Positions 8,838 through 18,911 of a stretch of DNA of 64,000 nucleotides are shown in pieces. Under the pieces are notes generated by a model. That model searched no databases. It saw only the letters and a program-made list of their open reading frames with translations, and was not told where the DNA came from. This DNA is from Candidatus Caldarchaeum subterraneum (GTDB taxonomy: Archaea > Thermoproteota > Nitrososphaeria_A > Caldarchaeales > Caldarchaeaceae): contig BA000048.1 of assembly GCA_000270325.1 (NCBI GenBank), positions 1,346,700 to 1,410,699 of the forward strand, in the 5' to 3' direction. Within the stretch, counting starts at the first letter, position 1. Each line of letters starts with the position of its first letter. The translations under genes were made by a program, and so were the position numbers.

Positions 8838-10101
8838 TTATTTTCTGCCCATGTAGATAGTGCTGAAGAGGCTCGGGTATTTCGACAGCGCCGTCACGTG
8901 TTTGGTAGTTTTCGAGGATTGCAACTATTGTTCTCTCTGTGGCTATCAAGGTGCTGTTCAGGGTGTGGACGTAGTCTGTTTCCTCGATGTGTGGAGCCTC
9001 TCTGTATCTAATGCCGAGGCCCACGGCTTGGTAGTCTGTGCAGTTGCTGCATGAAACCACTTCACGGTATTTGTTCTGGGCAGGCATCCATACCTCGAGG
9101 TCGTATTTCTTCGCGGCGACAGGCCCCAGCTCACCGACACAGATGTTCACAACCCTGTAAGGTAGGCCAAGGCTCCTGTATAGCTCCTCTGCGTTGGATA
9201 TGAGAAACTCGTGCTCGGCCCATGACTGGCTCGGCTTCGTGAAGCTGAACTGCTCAACCTTCTCAAACTGGTGAACCCTGAAGATGCCTTTGGTGTCCTT
9301 GCCATGGGCGCCCGCCTCTTTCCTGAAGCATGGGCTAATCCCAGCATAGCGTAGAGGAAGTTTTCTGCCGTCAAGAATTTCACCGGCATGCAGGCCTGCG
9401 AGAGGATGCTCAGCCGTCCCTATGAGGTAAAGGTCTTCACCCTCAACCTTGTAGAGCATGTCCTCAAAATCCTGAAAGCTCACAACACCCTCCATAATTT
9501 TTCTCGTGAGCATGTAAGGGGGCTGAACCAGCCTAAACCCTTTCCCCTTCAAGAAGTCGAGTCCATACTGGACAAGGGCCCAATTTAGGAGAACAAGGTC
9601 GTCGAACAGGTAATAGAACCTCGCGCCCGCCACCTTGGCCGCTGTCTCGAGGTCGGCGAGACCCAGCGCAGCCAGAACATCCACATGGTCCCTCATCCAT
9701 TCACCTCTTCTAGGCTCGCCCCAGCTCCTAACCACCACGTTGTCCTCCTCTGTCTCTCCGTCCGGCACAGACTCATGCGGAGGGTTGGGAGCGGTTTTAA
9801 GCAGCGTCTCAAGCCTGTTGTCGACTTCTGTGAGCCGGGACTCGAGCTCCTCGATTTTCTGGTTGACCTCCTGCATCTCTAAAAGGATGTGGTCTGTTTT
9901 TTCTCCACGTTTCTTTGCAGCAGCTATCTTCTCAGCCGCAAGGTTTCTTCTATGCCGCAGCTCCTGAAGCGTCTTCATAATAGACCTCTTCTCCTCATCC
10001 AACCCTAGAATCTCATCAACGATTTCCGGGGGCCGGCGCCGCTTCTCCATCCCAGCCCTGTAGAAACCCGGGTTCGTCCTCACCGCCTTGATGTTCAGCA
10101 C
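8818..10101 (-). CDS. serS: Seryl-tRNA synthetase
   Basis: N-terminal coiled-coil arm followed by class II core motifs (FRKEAGAHGKDTKGIFRVHQFEKVEQF; GLGIRYRE; TLNSTLIATERT). Confidence 0.95.
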   Translation of the reverse strand: MLNIKAVRTNPGFYRAGMEKRRRPPEIVDEILGLDEEKRSIMKTLQELRHRRNLAAEKIAAAKKRGEKTDHILLEMQEVNQKIEELESRLTEVDNRLETLLKTAPNPPHESVPDGETEEDNVVVRSWGEPRRGEWMRDHVDVLAALGLADLETAAKVAGARFYYLFDDLVLLNWALVQYGLDFLKGKGFRLVQPPYMLTRKIMEGVVSFQDFEDMLYKVEGEDLYLIGTAEHPLAGLHAGEILDGRKLPLRYAGISPCFRKEAGAHGKDTKGIFRVHQFEKVEQFSFTKPSQSWAEHEFLISNAEELYRSLGLPYRVVNICVGELGPVAAKKYDLEVWMPAQNKYREVVSCSNCTDYQAVGLGIRYREAPHIEETDYVHTLNSTLIATERTIVAILENYQTRDGAVEIPEPLQHYLHGQKIIRPAAR

Positions 10102-10140
10102 AGCCTAATCCAGAATCTGCCTCAATAAAAACACAGCAAG

Positions 10141-11403
10141 CTACTCTCTTCGGAGAGCCTCAACAGGCTCAAACCTCGAAGCACGATAAGCTGGCAGCAT
10201 TCCGGCGAGAACAGAGACACCGACGGCGACAGCCACCCCCATCAAAATCAGCTCAGGAGATATCAACGGAGTTATCCGAGGCCCTTCTCCTGCAGGCCCT
10301 GTGACAAAGCTTCCGGGACGTGTATCAGCGGGCGGGCCTGAGAATATGCCCGAGAGTGCGAAGGCTGCCACCACGCCGACAGCTGTTCCGAAAACGCCTC
10401 CCAGTATGCCTATTATTACTGCCTCAGAGAGGAAGCTTAGAAGCACGTCTCGGGTGCGGAAGCCCAGAGCCTTAATCAACCCGATTTCCCTAACCCTTTC
10501 CGTCACCGAGGTAAACATCGTCGTCATTATTCCGAGGAATGCGACGAGGAGGCTCATCGAAGCAACCGTGGAGAAAAAGACGTTCAGGGTTCCGATTATC
10601 TGCTGAACGGTCGCGGCTATCGCGGTGATAGAGAAGACGCGTACGTCTCCTCCATATTTCTGCTCTATGGCGAGGACGACTTGGTCGCTATACCCGGGGT
10701 CCGTCAACTTGACGAATACTCCGCTGTAGCTTCTCCGGTTTGTAATCAGCCTCCCCGCCTCCGGTGACACAAATATCTGGTTGTCAGGGTTTAGGAACAG
10801 TGATTGCCCGTATTTGCCGAGACGCGCCGTCACTGTGAAAGAGCGTGTTGTGCCTGTTCCCGAAAGCGGGGTCACCGTGAAGATGGAGCCTACGTCTATG
10901 GGTGGTAGGTCGGGGTCACGTGGGTTCCAGGCGTTGTAGCCCACGACCGCTGCCGATGGATTGTCTACAATAGCCCCCGAGTCGACTTTGATGTTTGGGA
11001 AGAGTTTGGGCAGGTCTCTCAGCTCTACGGCGAGAACCGTGTATGACTTCGTCGGGTCCATCGGGAAAGTTTTTCCACGGGTCTTAATCTCCCCCGACGC
11101 TATGAGATAATATGGATAGGTCTCTTTTACTCCTTGGAGAGAGCTGATGTAGTTTACCACGTTGTCGTCGAAGTTGAAGTCGCCCACTCTCTGGACGAGT
11201 ACAAGGTCTGTTCCAAAAACTTCAAGATTCGAGACGATGGATTGTGTCAAGCCCGCTGTGGTGGCGTTGAGCGCCGTGATCAACGCGGGGCCGACAACTA
11301 TGCCGAGAACGGTCAGAGTTGTTCGCAGCCTTCTATCCTTAAGCGCAGACCACGCATACTTGATGTAGTCACCCGGCTTCACGGCGTCCACGCCTCCGCA
11401 CAA
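10141..11403 (-). CDS. MacB/FtsX-family ABC transporter permease
   Basis: N-terminal TM, large extracytoplasmic domain, and C-terminal FtsX module (REIGLIKALGFRTRDVLLSFLSEAVIIG). Confidence 0.85.
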   Translation of the reverse strand: MCGGVDAVKPGDYIKYAWSALKDRRLRTTLTVLGIVVGPALITALNATTAGLTQSIVSNLEVFGTDLVLVQRVGDFNFDDNVVNYISSLQGVKETYPYYLIASGEIKTRGKTFPMDPTKSYTVLAVELRDLPKLFPNIKVDSGAIVDNPSAAVVGYNAWNPRDPDLPPIDVGSIFTVTPLSGTGTTRSFTVTARLGKYGQSLFLNPDNQIFVSPEAGRLITNRRSYSGVFVKLTDPGYSDQVVLAIEQKYGGDVRVFSITAIAATVQQIIGTLNVFFSTVASMSLLVAFLGIMTTMFTSVTERVREIGLIKALGFRTRDVLLSFLSEAVIIGILGGVFGTAVGVVAAFALSGIFSGPPADTRPGSFVTGPAGEGPRITPLISPELILMGVAVAVGVSVLAGMLPAYRASRFEPVEALRRE

Positions 11404-12838
11404 TAAGGATTACCGCCGCCAGAGCAGCCGCAACCACCAGCAAAACAATCAGCGGATTCACCGGGGACGACGACTCAGGCTGAGGCAGTATGATGCTTGT
11501 CTGCTGTCTCTCAACAACCTGGTAGACAAGTGTTCTGGATGCTTGGAACTCGTCGCCGAAGCCGTTTTTATACACAACCTTCACGTTTACTTCGTATGTT
11601 CCGGGCTTCGCCTGCGAGTCTACGATGAAGTTGAGGGTGAAGGCGGCTACCTGAGACGGGTTGATCTGTCCTATGAAGGTTGAAGGCTCTCCTAAGACTT
11701 TGAAAGGTGGCTGACCATCTATTTCGACGTAGACGGCGCGGGCTATGCCTGTACCCTCGTTGACAACGTCGCCAGCGATGTCAACTGTTTCTCCGGGCTG
11801 AACTCTCTGAGGAGAGAGTGCGAGGCTTCGGAGCCTTATGGAGATGTCTGCGGTGACTGCCAAGTTTATGTCAAGGGTTTCGGTGACAGATAGGCCGATG
11901 TCGTCCTTGTATTCGAGGGATGTTTTGATGGGGATGACTGTGTCTCCGGCCTGCGGTATGGCGAGTAGTCTGAGTTGCGTGGATATGGTTTGGCCTGGTT
12001 GGATGACTGGTATGAAGAGGTCTGTGTCGCCTTCTATGATGACAACCTGTTGTGAAGACGAGCGTATGGCTATTTTTACGTCTCGTGCGGGGAAGGGGTT
12101 TTTGTTTGTGAAGATTATGGATACAGGTGTGGTGTGTGCCGCGGTTATGAATGGTTGTGATGTCCGTGCTGTGAACCCTGGTTTCGCGTTCTCCTCAACC
12201 ACGAAAGGCATGCTGAACTGCTTTGAACGTATGTTGCCCTGGAGGTCTCGATAGGATATTGTTGAAGACAAGCCGTATAATGATGGCTGAGTTGTCTTGT
12301 CTATGAATATCGGCACAGGGACTTGGGTTGTTCGGCCTGGCTCAATTGTTCCAATCGTGTAGACGGGCTGGAGAACCCTGATGGTTGGGATTTCGCTTCG
12401 GATGTTTAGCTCGACGTTGTATGCGGGTGCTGTTCCGTTGTTGGTTATGAGGTAGTTTAGGATTGAGACGCTGTTGGCGGTGAAGGACGGTGTGTAAATA
12501 ACCGCTGAAACATCAGCCCTGCCGCCGACATCCACCTGAATTGAGTAATCAGTTTTGATGAGTGTGCCGAACTTGTTTCGGTGGCTTAGGGTTAGACCGA
12601 AGTTTTTCTCTCCAACTTCTACCGTGTCTGGGACAATAATGGGAAACATAAGCCTGAAAACACCCGAGGCAGGTATCTGTTGAAGATAGTTGGCGTAAAC
12701 CACTCCGCCGCCGAATTCATCGGGCAGGGTTAGCCAGCCCTCCACGTTTGCCACAGACGATTCCACAGGGGCCTCGAAAACCAGCTCCAGAAAAGCCTGC
12801 CCAGTCCCGGGACCTACCGTGGTTTCGACACCGTCCAC
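11369..12838 (-). CDS. Cell-surface repeat-domain protein (COG1361/CARDB-like) with C-terminal TM anchor; lacks its own signal peptide
   Basis: Beta-rich repeats and the C-terminal PLIVLLVVAAALAAVILIVRRRGRR anchor. Its reading frame stays open upstream to 12964, with no start codon between 12839 and 12964. See the frameshift finding. Confidence 0.6.
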   Translation of the reverse strand: MDGVETTVGPGTGQAFLELVFEAPVESSVANVEGWLTLPDEFGGGVVYANYLQQIPASGVFRLMFPIIVPDTVEVGEKNFGLTLSHRNKFGTLIKTDYSIQVDVGGRADVSAVIYTPSFTANSVSILNYLITNNGTAPAYNVELNIRSEIPTIRVLQPVYTIGTIEPGRTTQVPVPIFIDKTTQPSLYGLSSTISYRDLQGNIRSKQFSMPFVVEENAKPGFTARTSQPFITAAHTTPVSIIFTNKNPFPARDVKIAIRSSSQQVVIIEGDTDLFIPVIQPGQTISTQLRLLAIPQAGDTVIPIKTSLEYKDDIGLSVTETLDINLAVTADISIRLRSLALSPQRVQPGETVDIAGDVVNEGTGIARAVYVEIDGQPPFKVLGEPSTFIGQINPSQVAAFTLNFIVDSQAKPGTYEVNVKVVYKNGFGDEFQASRTLVYQVVERQQTSIILPQPESSSPVNPLIVLLVVAAALAAVILIVRRRGRREAG

Positions 12839-13338
12839 AATCCATCTATAGTCGATGAACTTGGGCCTCGGCGGCTCGTAGATACAAGGTTCAGTGGGAT
12901 GGTTTGCGTTGACTGGGGGAGAAGGTCGCTTGACGAAGTGCAGTCGCGGTAGCTTAGCCTCAGCTCAGCAGTGTAAACACCGGGTGAGACATCGGGTCTT
13001 ACGTTCACCTTGTATGTGAGAGACGCCAAGACTCCGGGCTGTATTGGAGAGGCCACGCTGGCAGACAAGACAGGCCGGCTGTCCCAGCTCGTTATAGGCA
13101 GCGACTCGCCTGGCCTTGGATATAGCTCGCCGACTAGGGCGCAGATTGGCGATTTTCCCACGTTTGCAACCGTTATGGTGAGGTCTATTTTCTGGTCTCC
13201 CGGTATAGCTTTTTCAGGGTTTGCGGAGTTTCCCCAAAAGATGTCGATGAGCTGAATGGTGGAGGAGCCTGCTGATAGAAGCGATGCTGGGAATACAAGA
13301 AATACGGCGAGAAGAATTACCGTTGTGATGGTTTTCAT
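12814..13338 (-). CDS. Secreted surface-domain protein fragment (signal peptide plus one COG1361-like repeat)
   Basis: Signal peptide [26 protein letters not shown]. It overlaps the downstream ORF in the -1 frame and is probably the N-terminal part of one larger gene. Confidence 0.55.
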   Translation of the reverse strand: MKTITTVILLAVFLVFPASLLSAGSSTIQLIDIFWGNSANPEKAIPGDQKIDLTITVANVGKSPICALVGELYPRPGESLPITSWDSRPVLSASVASPIQPGVLASLTYKVNVRPDVSPGVYTAELRLSYRDCTSSSDLLPQSTQTIPLNLVSTSRRGPSSSTIDGLWTVSKPR

Positions 13339-14045
13339 GCCTGCTGCACCGTGACCGTGTTTATCTCCTCTTTCTCTATTTTTCCGTCCCTGATGTAGAT
13401 TATTCTGTCGGCTTCGCGGGCGACTTCCATGTTGTGTGTGACGACGATGACGGTGTGGCCTTTCTGCGCCAAATTTTTGAGAAGCTGAACCACGATGGCC
13501 CCCGACTTTGAGTCAAGGTTTCCAGTCGGCTCGTCCGCGAGGATGATGCTGGGCTTGGTAACGAGAGCCCGTGCGATGGCCACCCTTTGCTGCTCCCCAC
13601 CGCTTAGCTGGGTGGGCTTCTTGTAGGCCTTGGATTCGAGGCCCACTTCCTTCAGCATCTCGAGGGCCAGTTTCCGCCGCTCCTGCTCCGGCACGTTTTG
13701 TATCGCGAGAGGCATCTCGACGTTTTTAATGGCTGTGAGCCTGTTGATGAGGTTGTAGGATTGGAACACGAAGCCGATCAACTTGTTTCTGATGAGGGCT
13801 CTTTTGTCGTCGTCGGCGTGGCTTATGTCAACACCATCTATTATTACTCTGCCCTCGGTAGGTCTGTCAAGCGCTCCCAACATGTTGAGAAGGGTTGACT
13901 TGCCGCTTCCACTTGGCCCAACTATGGCAACCATTTCCCCACGCCTTACCTTGAAGTCTACACCGTTCAGGGCGACGGTCTCGATACCGTTGTTACGGTA
14001 AACCTTCTTCAAATTCTCCACCACAAGCACATAATCCCCCGACAT
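13335..14045 (-). CDS. MacB/LolD-type ABC transporter ATP-binding protein
   Basis: Walker [11 protein letters not shown]-loop, signature [15 protein letters not shown], Walker [12 protein letters not shown]. Confidence 0.9.
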   Translation of the reverse strand: MSGDYVLVVENLKKVYRNNGIETVALNGVDFKVRRGEMVAIVGPSGSGKSTLLNMLGALDRPTEGRVIIDGVDISHADDDKRALIRNKLIGFVFQSYNLINRLTAIKNVEMPLAIQNVPEQERRKLALEMLKEVGLESKAYKKPTQLSGGEQQRVAIARALVTKPSIILADEPTGNLDSKSGAIVVQLLKNLAQKGHTVIVVTHNMEVAREADRIIYIRDGKIEKEEINTVTVQQA

Positions 14046-14052
14046 CCCCCTC

Positions 14053-15387
14053 TCACCTTATTCTGACGTAGTCATACGCTCCTGTGGCGTTCTCAAAACA
14101 GTAATGCACTTTCCGATAATTGCTACGGAACTCAGCCACATCCTTGGCCACTTTGGATGGTTCTTTGCCTCTTACGATGACGTCGGCTATGAACTCTGCT
14201 ATTTGCTTCATCTCAGACTCCTTCATCCCCAGCCTCGTGACCTCCTGGCTTCCAAGCCTTATTCCGCTGGGTCGTCTGTAGTCTGTTTTAAGCCTGTAGT
14301 CCTTGGGTATGAGGTTGCGGTTCACAATTATCCCTGCCTGTTCAAGTCTCTCTTCAGCTGTTCTTCCATCCATGTATTTTGAGACGTCTGCGACAATTGT
14401 GTGTGATTCTGTGAAGCCTTTGTTGGGGTATAGAGCATCTATGCCGAGCTCGTAGAGTGATTCGGCGAGGATTTTGGCGTTCCTAATGATCTGTGAGGCG
14501 TATTCCCTGTAGAAGGCGAGGGCCTCTGCAAGAGCTATGGCAAGGCCTGCGACGGCGTGGAGATGATGGTTGGATAGAAGCCCTGGGAAAGCTATCTGCT
14601 TGAGCCGCTCGCCGTATTTGTTCCATGAAACAACCATGCCATGCTGCGGTCCCGCCAAGGTTTTGTGGGTGCTCATCGTCATGCAATCCGCTCCTTCTCT
14701 AAGCGGGTCCTGGAACATGCCCCCAGCTATCAACCCCGCTACATGAGCAGCATCATAAACAACATATGCACCATATTGGTCGGCGAGGCTTCTAATTTCT
14801 TTGACAGGATGAGGAAATAGGAAGACGCTGGCCCCCAGCATGAAGAGCCTCGGCTTCTTACCGGTCTCGGCCTCTATTTTCCGCAGTCTCCTCGCTGTAG
14901 CGTCCACGTCTATCTCAAAATTTTCTTCGTCAAACTCGTATCTTTCAACGTCAAGTCCCCTAACCACTCCTGCTGTTCCTCCCCATTTTTCTTTTCCGTG
15001 GCTGATGTGTCCACCGTGGGGTATTGTTAGCGCCACCATCATGTCTCCGGGTCTCGCGAAAGCTGAGTAGGCTACGAGGTTAGCCACCACACCTGAGATA
15101 GGTCTTACGTCGACAAATTCAGCCCGGTAAACGGCTTTCCCCAACTCTATGGCCAAAAGCTCCACCTCATCGATGTAACGGCAGCCTGCGTACAGTCTCT
15201 CACCGGGCCACCCCTCAGCGTATCTATGCATAAAGTCGCTGACGAGAGCTTCTCTGACGGCTGGGCTGACGACGTTTTCGCTCGCAATAAGGGGAAGAGA
15301 CCTCCTCATCATGCTATGATGTTTCTCCAAAAGGTCGAGAACCTTTTGGTAGACGGCTTCAGGCTCCGCCAAAGTGGCTGTGGTCAT
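14053..15387 (-). CDS. glyA: Serine hydroxymethyltransferase
   Basis: SHMT motifs including the PLP-lysine region MSTHKTLAGPQHG. ATG at 15387 is preferred because TATA TTGATATAGG (15411-15420) lies about 25-30 nt upstream. The track start is GTG at 15399. Confidence 0.9.
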   Translation of the reverse strand: MTTATLAEPEAVYQKVLDLLEKHHSMMRRSLPLIASENVVSPAVREALVSDFMHRYAEGWPGERLYAGCRYIDEVELLAIELGKAVYRAEFVDVRPISGVVANLVAYSAFARPGDMMVALTIPHGGHISHGKEKWGGTAGVVRGLDVERYEFDEENFEIDVDATARRLRKIEAETGKKPRLFMLGASVFLFPHPVKEIRSLADQYGAYVVYDAAHVAGLIAGGMFQDPLREGADCMTMSTHKTLAGPQHGMVVSWNKYGERLKQIAFPGLLSNHHLHAVAGLAIALAEALAFYREYASQIIRNAKILAESLYELGIDALYPNKGFTESHTIVADVSKYMDGRTAEERLEQAGIIVNRNLIPKDYRLKTDYRRPSGIRLGSQEVTRLGMKESEMKQIAEFIADVIVRGKEPSKVAKDVAEFRSNYRKVHYCFENATGAYDYVRIR

Positions 15388-15646
15388 GTCCAACCCCACC
15401 CCCTCCAGCCCCTATATCAAGATATATCTACTAAACGATGGCAAAATAGACTAGGGAGAATAGAAACGCCAAGTCGGCGGCTATCAAGAGGATGCCGAAT
15501 ACTGTCCTCCGCATTTTGTGATTAGGTTTGTCTGCGGGATGTTTAACTTTTTTCGGTGATGAGGCGGGTGGATATGGCCTAGATATGACGCTGAATTTTT
15601 CTGGATAGTATGCGATGTTTTTATTGACGCGTGTTTGTGAGGGGTC

Positions 15647-16924
15647 GTGGACCCTGCGGTTTTCGAGGAGGCTCTCCGGTATCTGCCGGGAGGCGTTTCA
15701 TATGGTGTCCGCTATGTTGACCCTGTTCCTGTCTATGTTGAGAGGGCTGAAGGCGCTTATGTCTATGACATCAGCGGCCGAAGGTTTTTGGATTGTTGGA
15801 TGGGTCATGGAGCCTTGTTGATGGGCCACGGCTACAGGCCTGTGATTGAGGCGGCTATGGACCAGCTGGCTAAGGGCGCTCATTTTGGATATCCGCACAT
15901 CTGGGAGGTTAAGTGGGCTAAACAGGTTTGCAGCATGGTTCCCTCGGTTAAGATGGTTAGGCCAACGAATAGCGGCACAGAGGCCAACATGTATGCCGTC
16001 CGCACGGCTCGTGGATACACTGGACGCAAACTCGTGGGCAAGATTGAGGGAGGCTGGCACGGCGGATACGACGGCCTCCAAATAGGTGTAACATATCCGA
16101 TAGACAAGCCATCAAGCCTCGGCATACCGCCCGAAACAACCGCCAACACAATCCTCCTCCCCTACAACGACCTCGAAGGCGTCGAAAAAAGAATAAAGGG
16201 AAAAGAACTTGCCGCTATAGTGGTCGAGCCTGTTCTCGGAGCCGGCGGCTTCATACCCGCCGACATAGAATATCTAAAAGGAGTTAGGGAGATTTGCGAC
16301 AGAGAGGGCATCTTGCTTATTTTTGACGAGGTCATCACAGGGTTTAGGCTCGCGCCCGGAGGGGCTCAGCAAAGGTTCGGCGTGTTGCCCGACATTACTG
16401 TTCTCGGCAAGGTTATTGGTGGAGGGCCTTTCCCCGCGGGCGCTTTCGGTGGAAGAGAGGATGTCATGGAGGTTCTCGACCAGCGTAAAAGGGTGAATTT
16501 CTATGAGCGTGTTTTCCACGGCGGAACATATAGCGGAAACCCGTTGACTATGAGGGCTGGCTACGTGTTGTTGAAGGAGCTGGAGAAGGGTGAAGTCTAT
16601 GAGAGGCTGGAAAAGCTGGGTGAAAGAGCCCGCAGAGGTTTACGGGATGCTCTTGAACCTCTCGGAGCATACATAACCGGGATTGGCTCGCTTGTCTGCA
16701 TACATTTCACTAGAGAGGAGCCGAGAGACATCCACACAGCCAACAGAACAAAAGACCTCAAGCTCACCATCGAGTTCAGCAAACATCTTTACCGAAGAGG
16801 AATACTTTTCGTCCCACCCTACAACCCTCACCTCTTCATCTCAGCCGCCCACAGCCAAGAAGACATCGACAACCTTATAGAGGCCGCGGAAAGTTTCGCC
16901 TCTCTAAATAAAAGCCGACTGTAA
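15647..16924 (+). CDS. hemL: Glutamate-1-semialdehyde 2,1-aminomutase-like class III aminotransferase
   Basis: YLPGGVS...DEVITGFRLAPGG...LGKVIGGGPFPAGAFGGR are HemL-type motifs. GTG start, with TTTTTATT about 25 nt upstream. Confidence 0.75.
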   Translation: MDPAVFEEALRYLPGGVSYGVRYVDPVPVYVERAEGAYVYDISGRRFLDCWMGHGALLMGHGYRPVIEAAMDQLAKGAHFGYPHIWEVKWAKQVCSMVPSVKMVRPTNSGTEANMYAVRTARGYTGRKLVGKIEGGWHGGYDGLQIGVTYPIDKPSSLGIPPETTANTILLPYNDLEGVEKRIKGKELAAIVVEPVLGAGGFIPADIEYLKGVREICDREGILLIFDEVITGFRLAPGGAQQRFGVLPDITVLGKVIGGGPFPAGAFGGREDVMEVLDQRKRVNFYERVFHGGTYSGNPLTMRAGYVLLKELEKGEVYERLEKLGERARRGLRDALEPLGAYITGIGSLVCIHFTREEPRDIHTANRTKDLKLTIEFSKHLYRRGILFVPPYNPHLFISAAHSQEDIDNLIEAAESFASLNKSRL

Positions 16925-17437
16925 AACGGAGATTAAACGAGCTGTCATCCCCCATATCAACTCCCCTCCATAAGAGTAGGCCTCCGTGACAACTTCGCGG
17001 TTGAGATGCCGTGAGTAAACTTTGGCGTAAAACATCTGAAGATTATTCAAGGGAAGCCAGAAGACTTTCGAAACCTCTGCGCCCGGATGTGGAGATGTTT
17101 CGTGTAACAGTCGGAAAACCACTGGCTTAACCTTCAGGGTTGGCATGTTGCGGGGTGAGACTGCTTCGAGAAAGCCTATAAAACCTACGGCCTCCGCAGG
17201 CAGGGAGGCTTCCTCATGAAGCTCTCGAAGAGCTGTCGCGGCGAAGTCCGCGTCCTCGGGTCTCCAGCGTCCTCCGGGAAAAGCTACCTGGCCTGACCAC
17301 GGGTCGTCGTCTCTCTCAACTCTCTTTACCAGAAGCACCTCTGGCCCGTCTCTCAATACGATGGCCACAGCCGCTGTGCCTGGCCCAGGCTCGACATCAT
17401 CGCTGTTTCTAAGGATTTTTCGGAGCTTATTTTCCAT
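16904..17437 (-). CDS. NUDIX hydrolase (CoA pyrophosphatase-like)
   Basis: Nudix box GGRWRPEDADFAATALRELHEEASL. Confidence 0.8.
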   Translation of the reverse strand: MENKLRKILRNSDDVEPGPGTAAVAIVLRDGPEVLLVKRVERDDDPWSGQVAFPGGRWRPEDADFAATALRELHEEASLPAEAVGFIGFLEAVSPRNMPTLKVKPVVFRLLHETSPHPGAEVSKVFWLPLNNLQMFYAKVYSRHLNREVVTEAYSYGGELIWGMTARLISVLQSAFI

Positions 17438-18911
17438 AGCGGTATTTGTAGTGGGTGCCGAACAGGCTTGTGACCGTTACCTCGGGCTCTTCAAACAACT
17501 CTGTGAAGGCTCCGCCCCACTTGCTTTCCAGAAGAGTTCGGAGACCCCAGCGTACCTCGTTGAGGTCTATCATGGAGACGACGGGCTCGAAGAAGCCGAG
17601 TGCAAGCATCTTCCGAGCCTCCTGCTCCGGTATCCCACGTGCCATCAGATAATAGAGCTGCTCAGGGTCTATCTGGCTGACGCTGGCTGAGTGGGTCGCC
17701 TTAACCTCGTCAGTCATAATCTCGAGCGATGGGATGGCGTAAGCCCTTGCCTCGGGGCTCATAATCATAGCATGCTCGGCGAGATAGGCGCTGGTGTTTT
17801 TGGCCTGTTTCTCTATGGTTATCACGCCTTTGAAGATTGATTTGGCCTTATCCTTCACAACTCCTTTGGCTAAGACCCTTCCCTGTGTGCCGAAGCCTAT
17901 GTGGTGAAGGTTGGCTGTCACGTCAATTCTTTGCTCCGCATCGCCGAAAACAATCTCGAGGTCGTTGACGGATGAGCCGTCGCCATGCATCGAGCTGTCC
18001 ACCCTCACTTTCGAAACCTGTCCACCGATGACCGCGCCGACAACCATCGCAGATGACCCGCGTCCAACATCCGCAACCCTGTTAGAGACATATGTCTGGC
18101 CATGTGAAAGATTCTGTAGAGTGCTGTGCTTCAAGCTGCTATCATCAAGGGAATAGAGGTGGGTGTGATGCCCGAAGACCGATTCATCTGCTCCCGGCAG
18201 ACCATGAACCTCCTCTATAATAGATGCAACCGCTCCCGGCTCCGTCACGGCAACAACCTTGCTAAAAACAGCTTCTCTCGGCTTATCGAGAACATAGACA
18301 ACGCGTATTGGGCGGCTGAGCTGGAGGTTTTTCGGTATTCTCAGAAACACTCCAGCGTTTGTGAGAGCGTGAACAAGGTAAGTGTATTTATCGGCGTAGG
18401 ATGAATTCGTTACACGTTGATACAGCTCCCGGATAAATGGTTCATGTTTTTTCAGGGCTTCTGCGAGCGGTAGCAGCTCGATTTGTTGGGCTTCAAGGTT
18501 CCTCGGTATGCTGATGTGGACCAGTTTGCTTCCGACGAAAATCGCTGTGGGATGCTCTGTGTCCTCTGCGAGGTGTCTAAAGTCTGCCGGTATCTGCCGC
18601 TGGTCACCGGGGTCGGTCATCTCTATCAAGCTTTCTTCGGGGAGAGATGGTGCCTCGTAATGCCTCACATAGAGCTCCGAAACTTCAGGCGGAAGCGAGA
18701 AATACATCTCAAGGCTACGGGCCCTCAGCCTCGATAGCCACTCAGGCTCGCCGCGAAACCTCCTGCTTAAAATGCTTAAATGCCCACTCAAACCCTGTAC
18801 AAAAACCCGTAGCCACCTCTCTATTAGCTCTATCGCGGCCAAACCTTTTATTGGATAAACAGCCCAGAGCTTCTTGATGCTTGGACACCTAGGGAAACGG
18901 GCTGAGAACAT
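17427..18911 (-). CDS. SufB/SufD-family Fe-S cluster assembly protein
   Basis: C-terminal beta-helix region and KATHSASVSQIDPEQLYYLMARGIPEQEARKMLALGFF motif. The true start is probably downstream of 18911, because that extension overlaps the divergent gene. No sufC lies adjacent. Confidence 0.7.
   Translation of the reverse strand: MFSARFPRCPSIKKLWAVYPIKGLAAIELIERWLRVFVQGLSGHLSILSRRFRGEPEWLSRLRARSLEMYFSLPPEVSELYVRHYEAPSLPEESLIEMTDPGDQRQIPADFRHLAEDTEHPTAIFVGSKLVHISIPRNLEAQQIELLPLAEALKKHEPFIRELYQRVTNSSYADKYTYLVHALTNAGVFLRIPKNLQLSRPIRVVYVLDKPREAVFSKVVAVTEPGAVASIIEEVHGLPGADESVFGHHTHLYSLDDSSLKHSTLQNLSHGQTYVSNRVADVGRGSSAMVVGAVIGGQVSKVRVDSSMHGDGSSVNDLEIVFGDAEQRIDVTANLHHIGFGTQGRVLAKGVVKDKAKSIFKGVITIEKQAKNTSAYLAEHAMIMSPEARAYAIPSLEIMTDEVKATHSASVSQIDPEQLYYLMARGIPEQEARKMLALGFFEPVVSMIDLNEVRWGLRTLLESKWGGAFTELFEEPEVTVTSLFGTHYKYRYGK

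Noticed and set aside
15556-15594. GUGAUGA ... CUGA pair upstream of hemL that looks like C and D boxes
   Set aside because: Only 28 nt separate the boxes. There are no recognisable D'/C' boxes at 12-nt guide spacing and no terminal stem, so it does not satisfy C/D sRNA architecture, unlike the element at 34026-34086.
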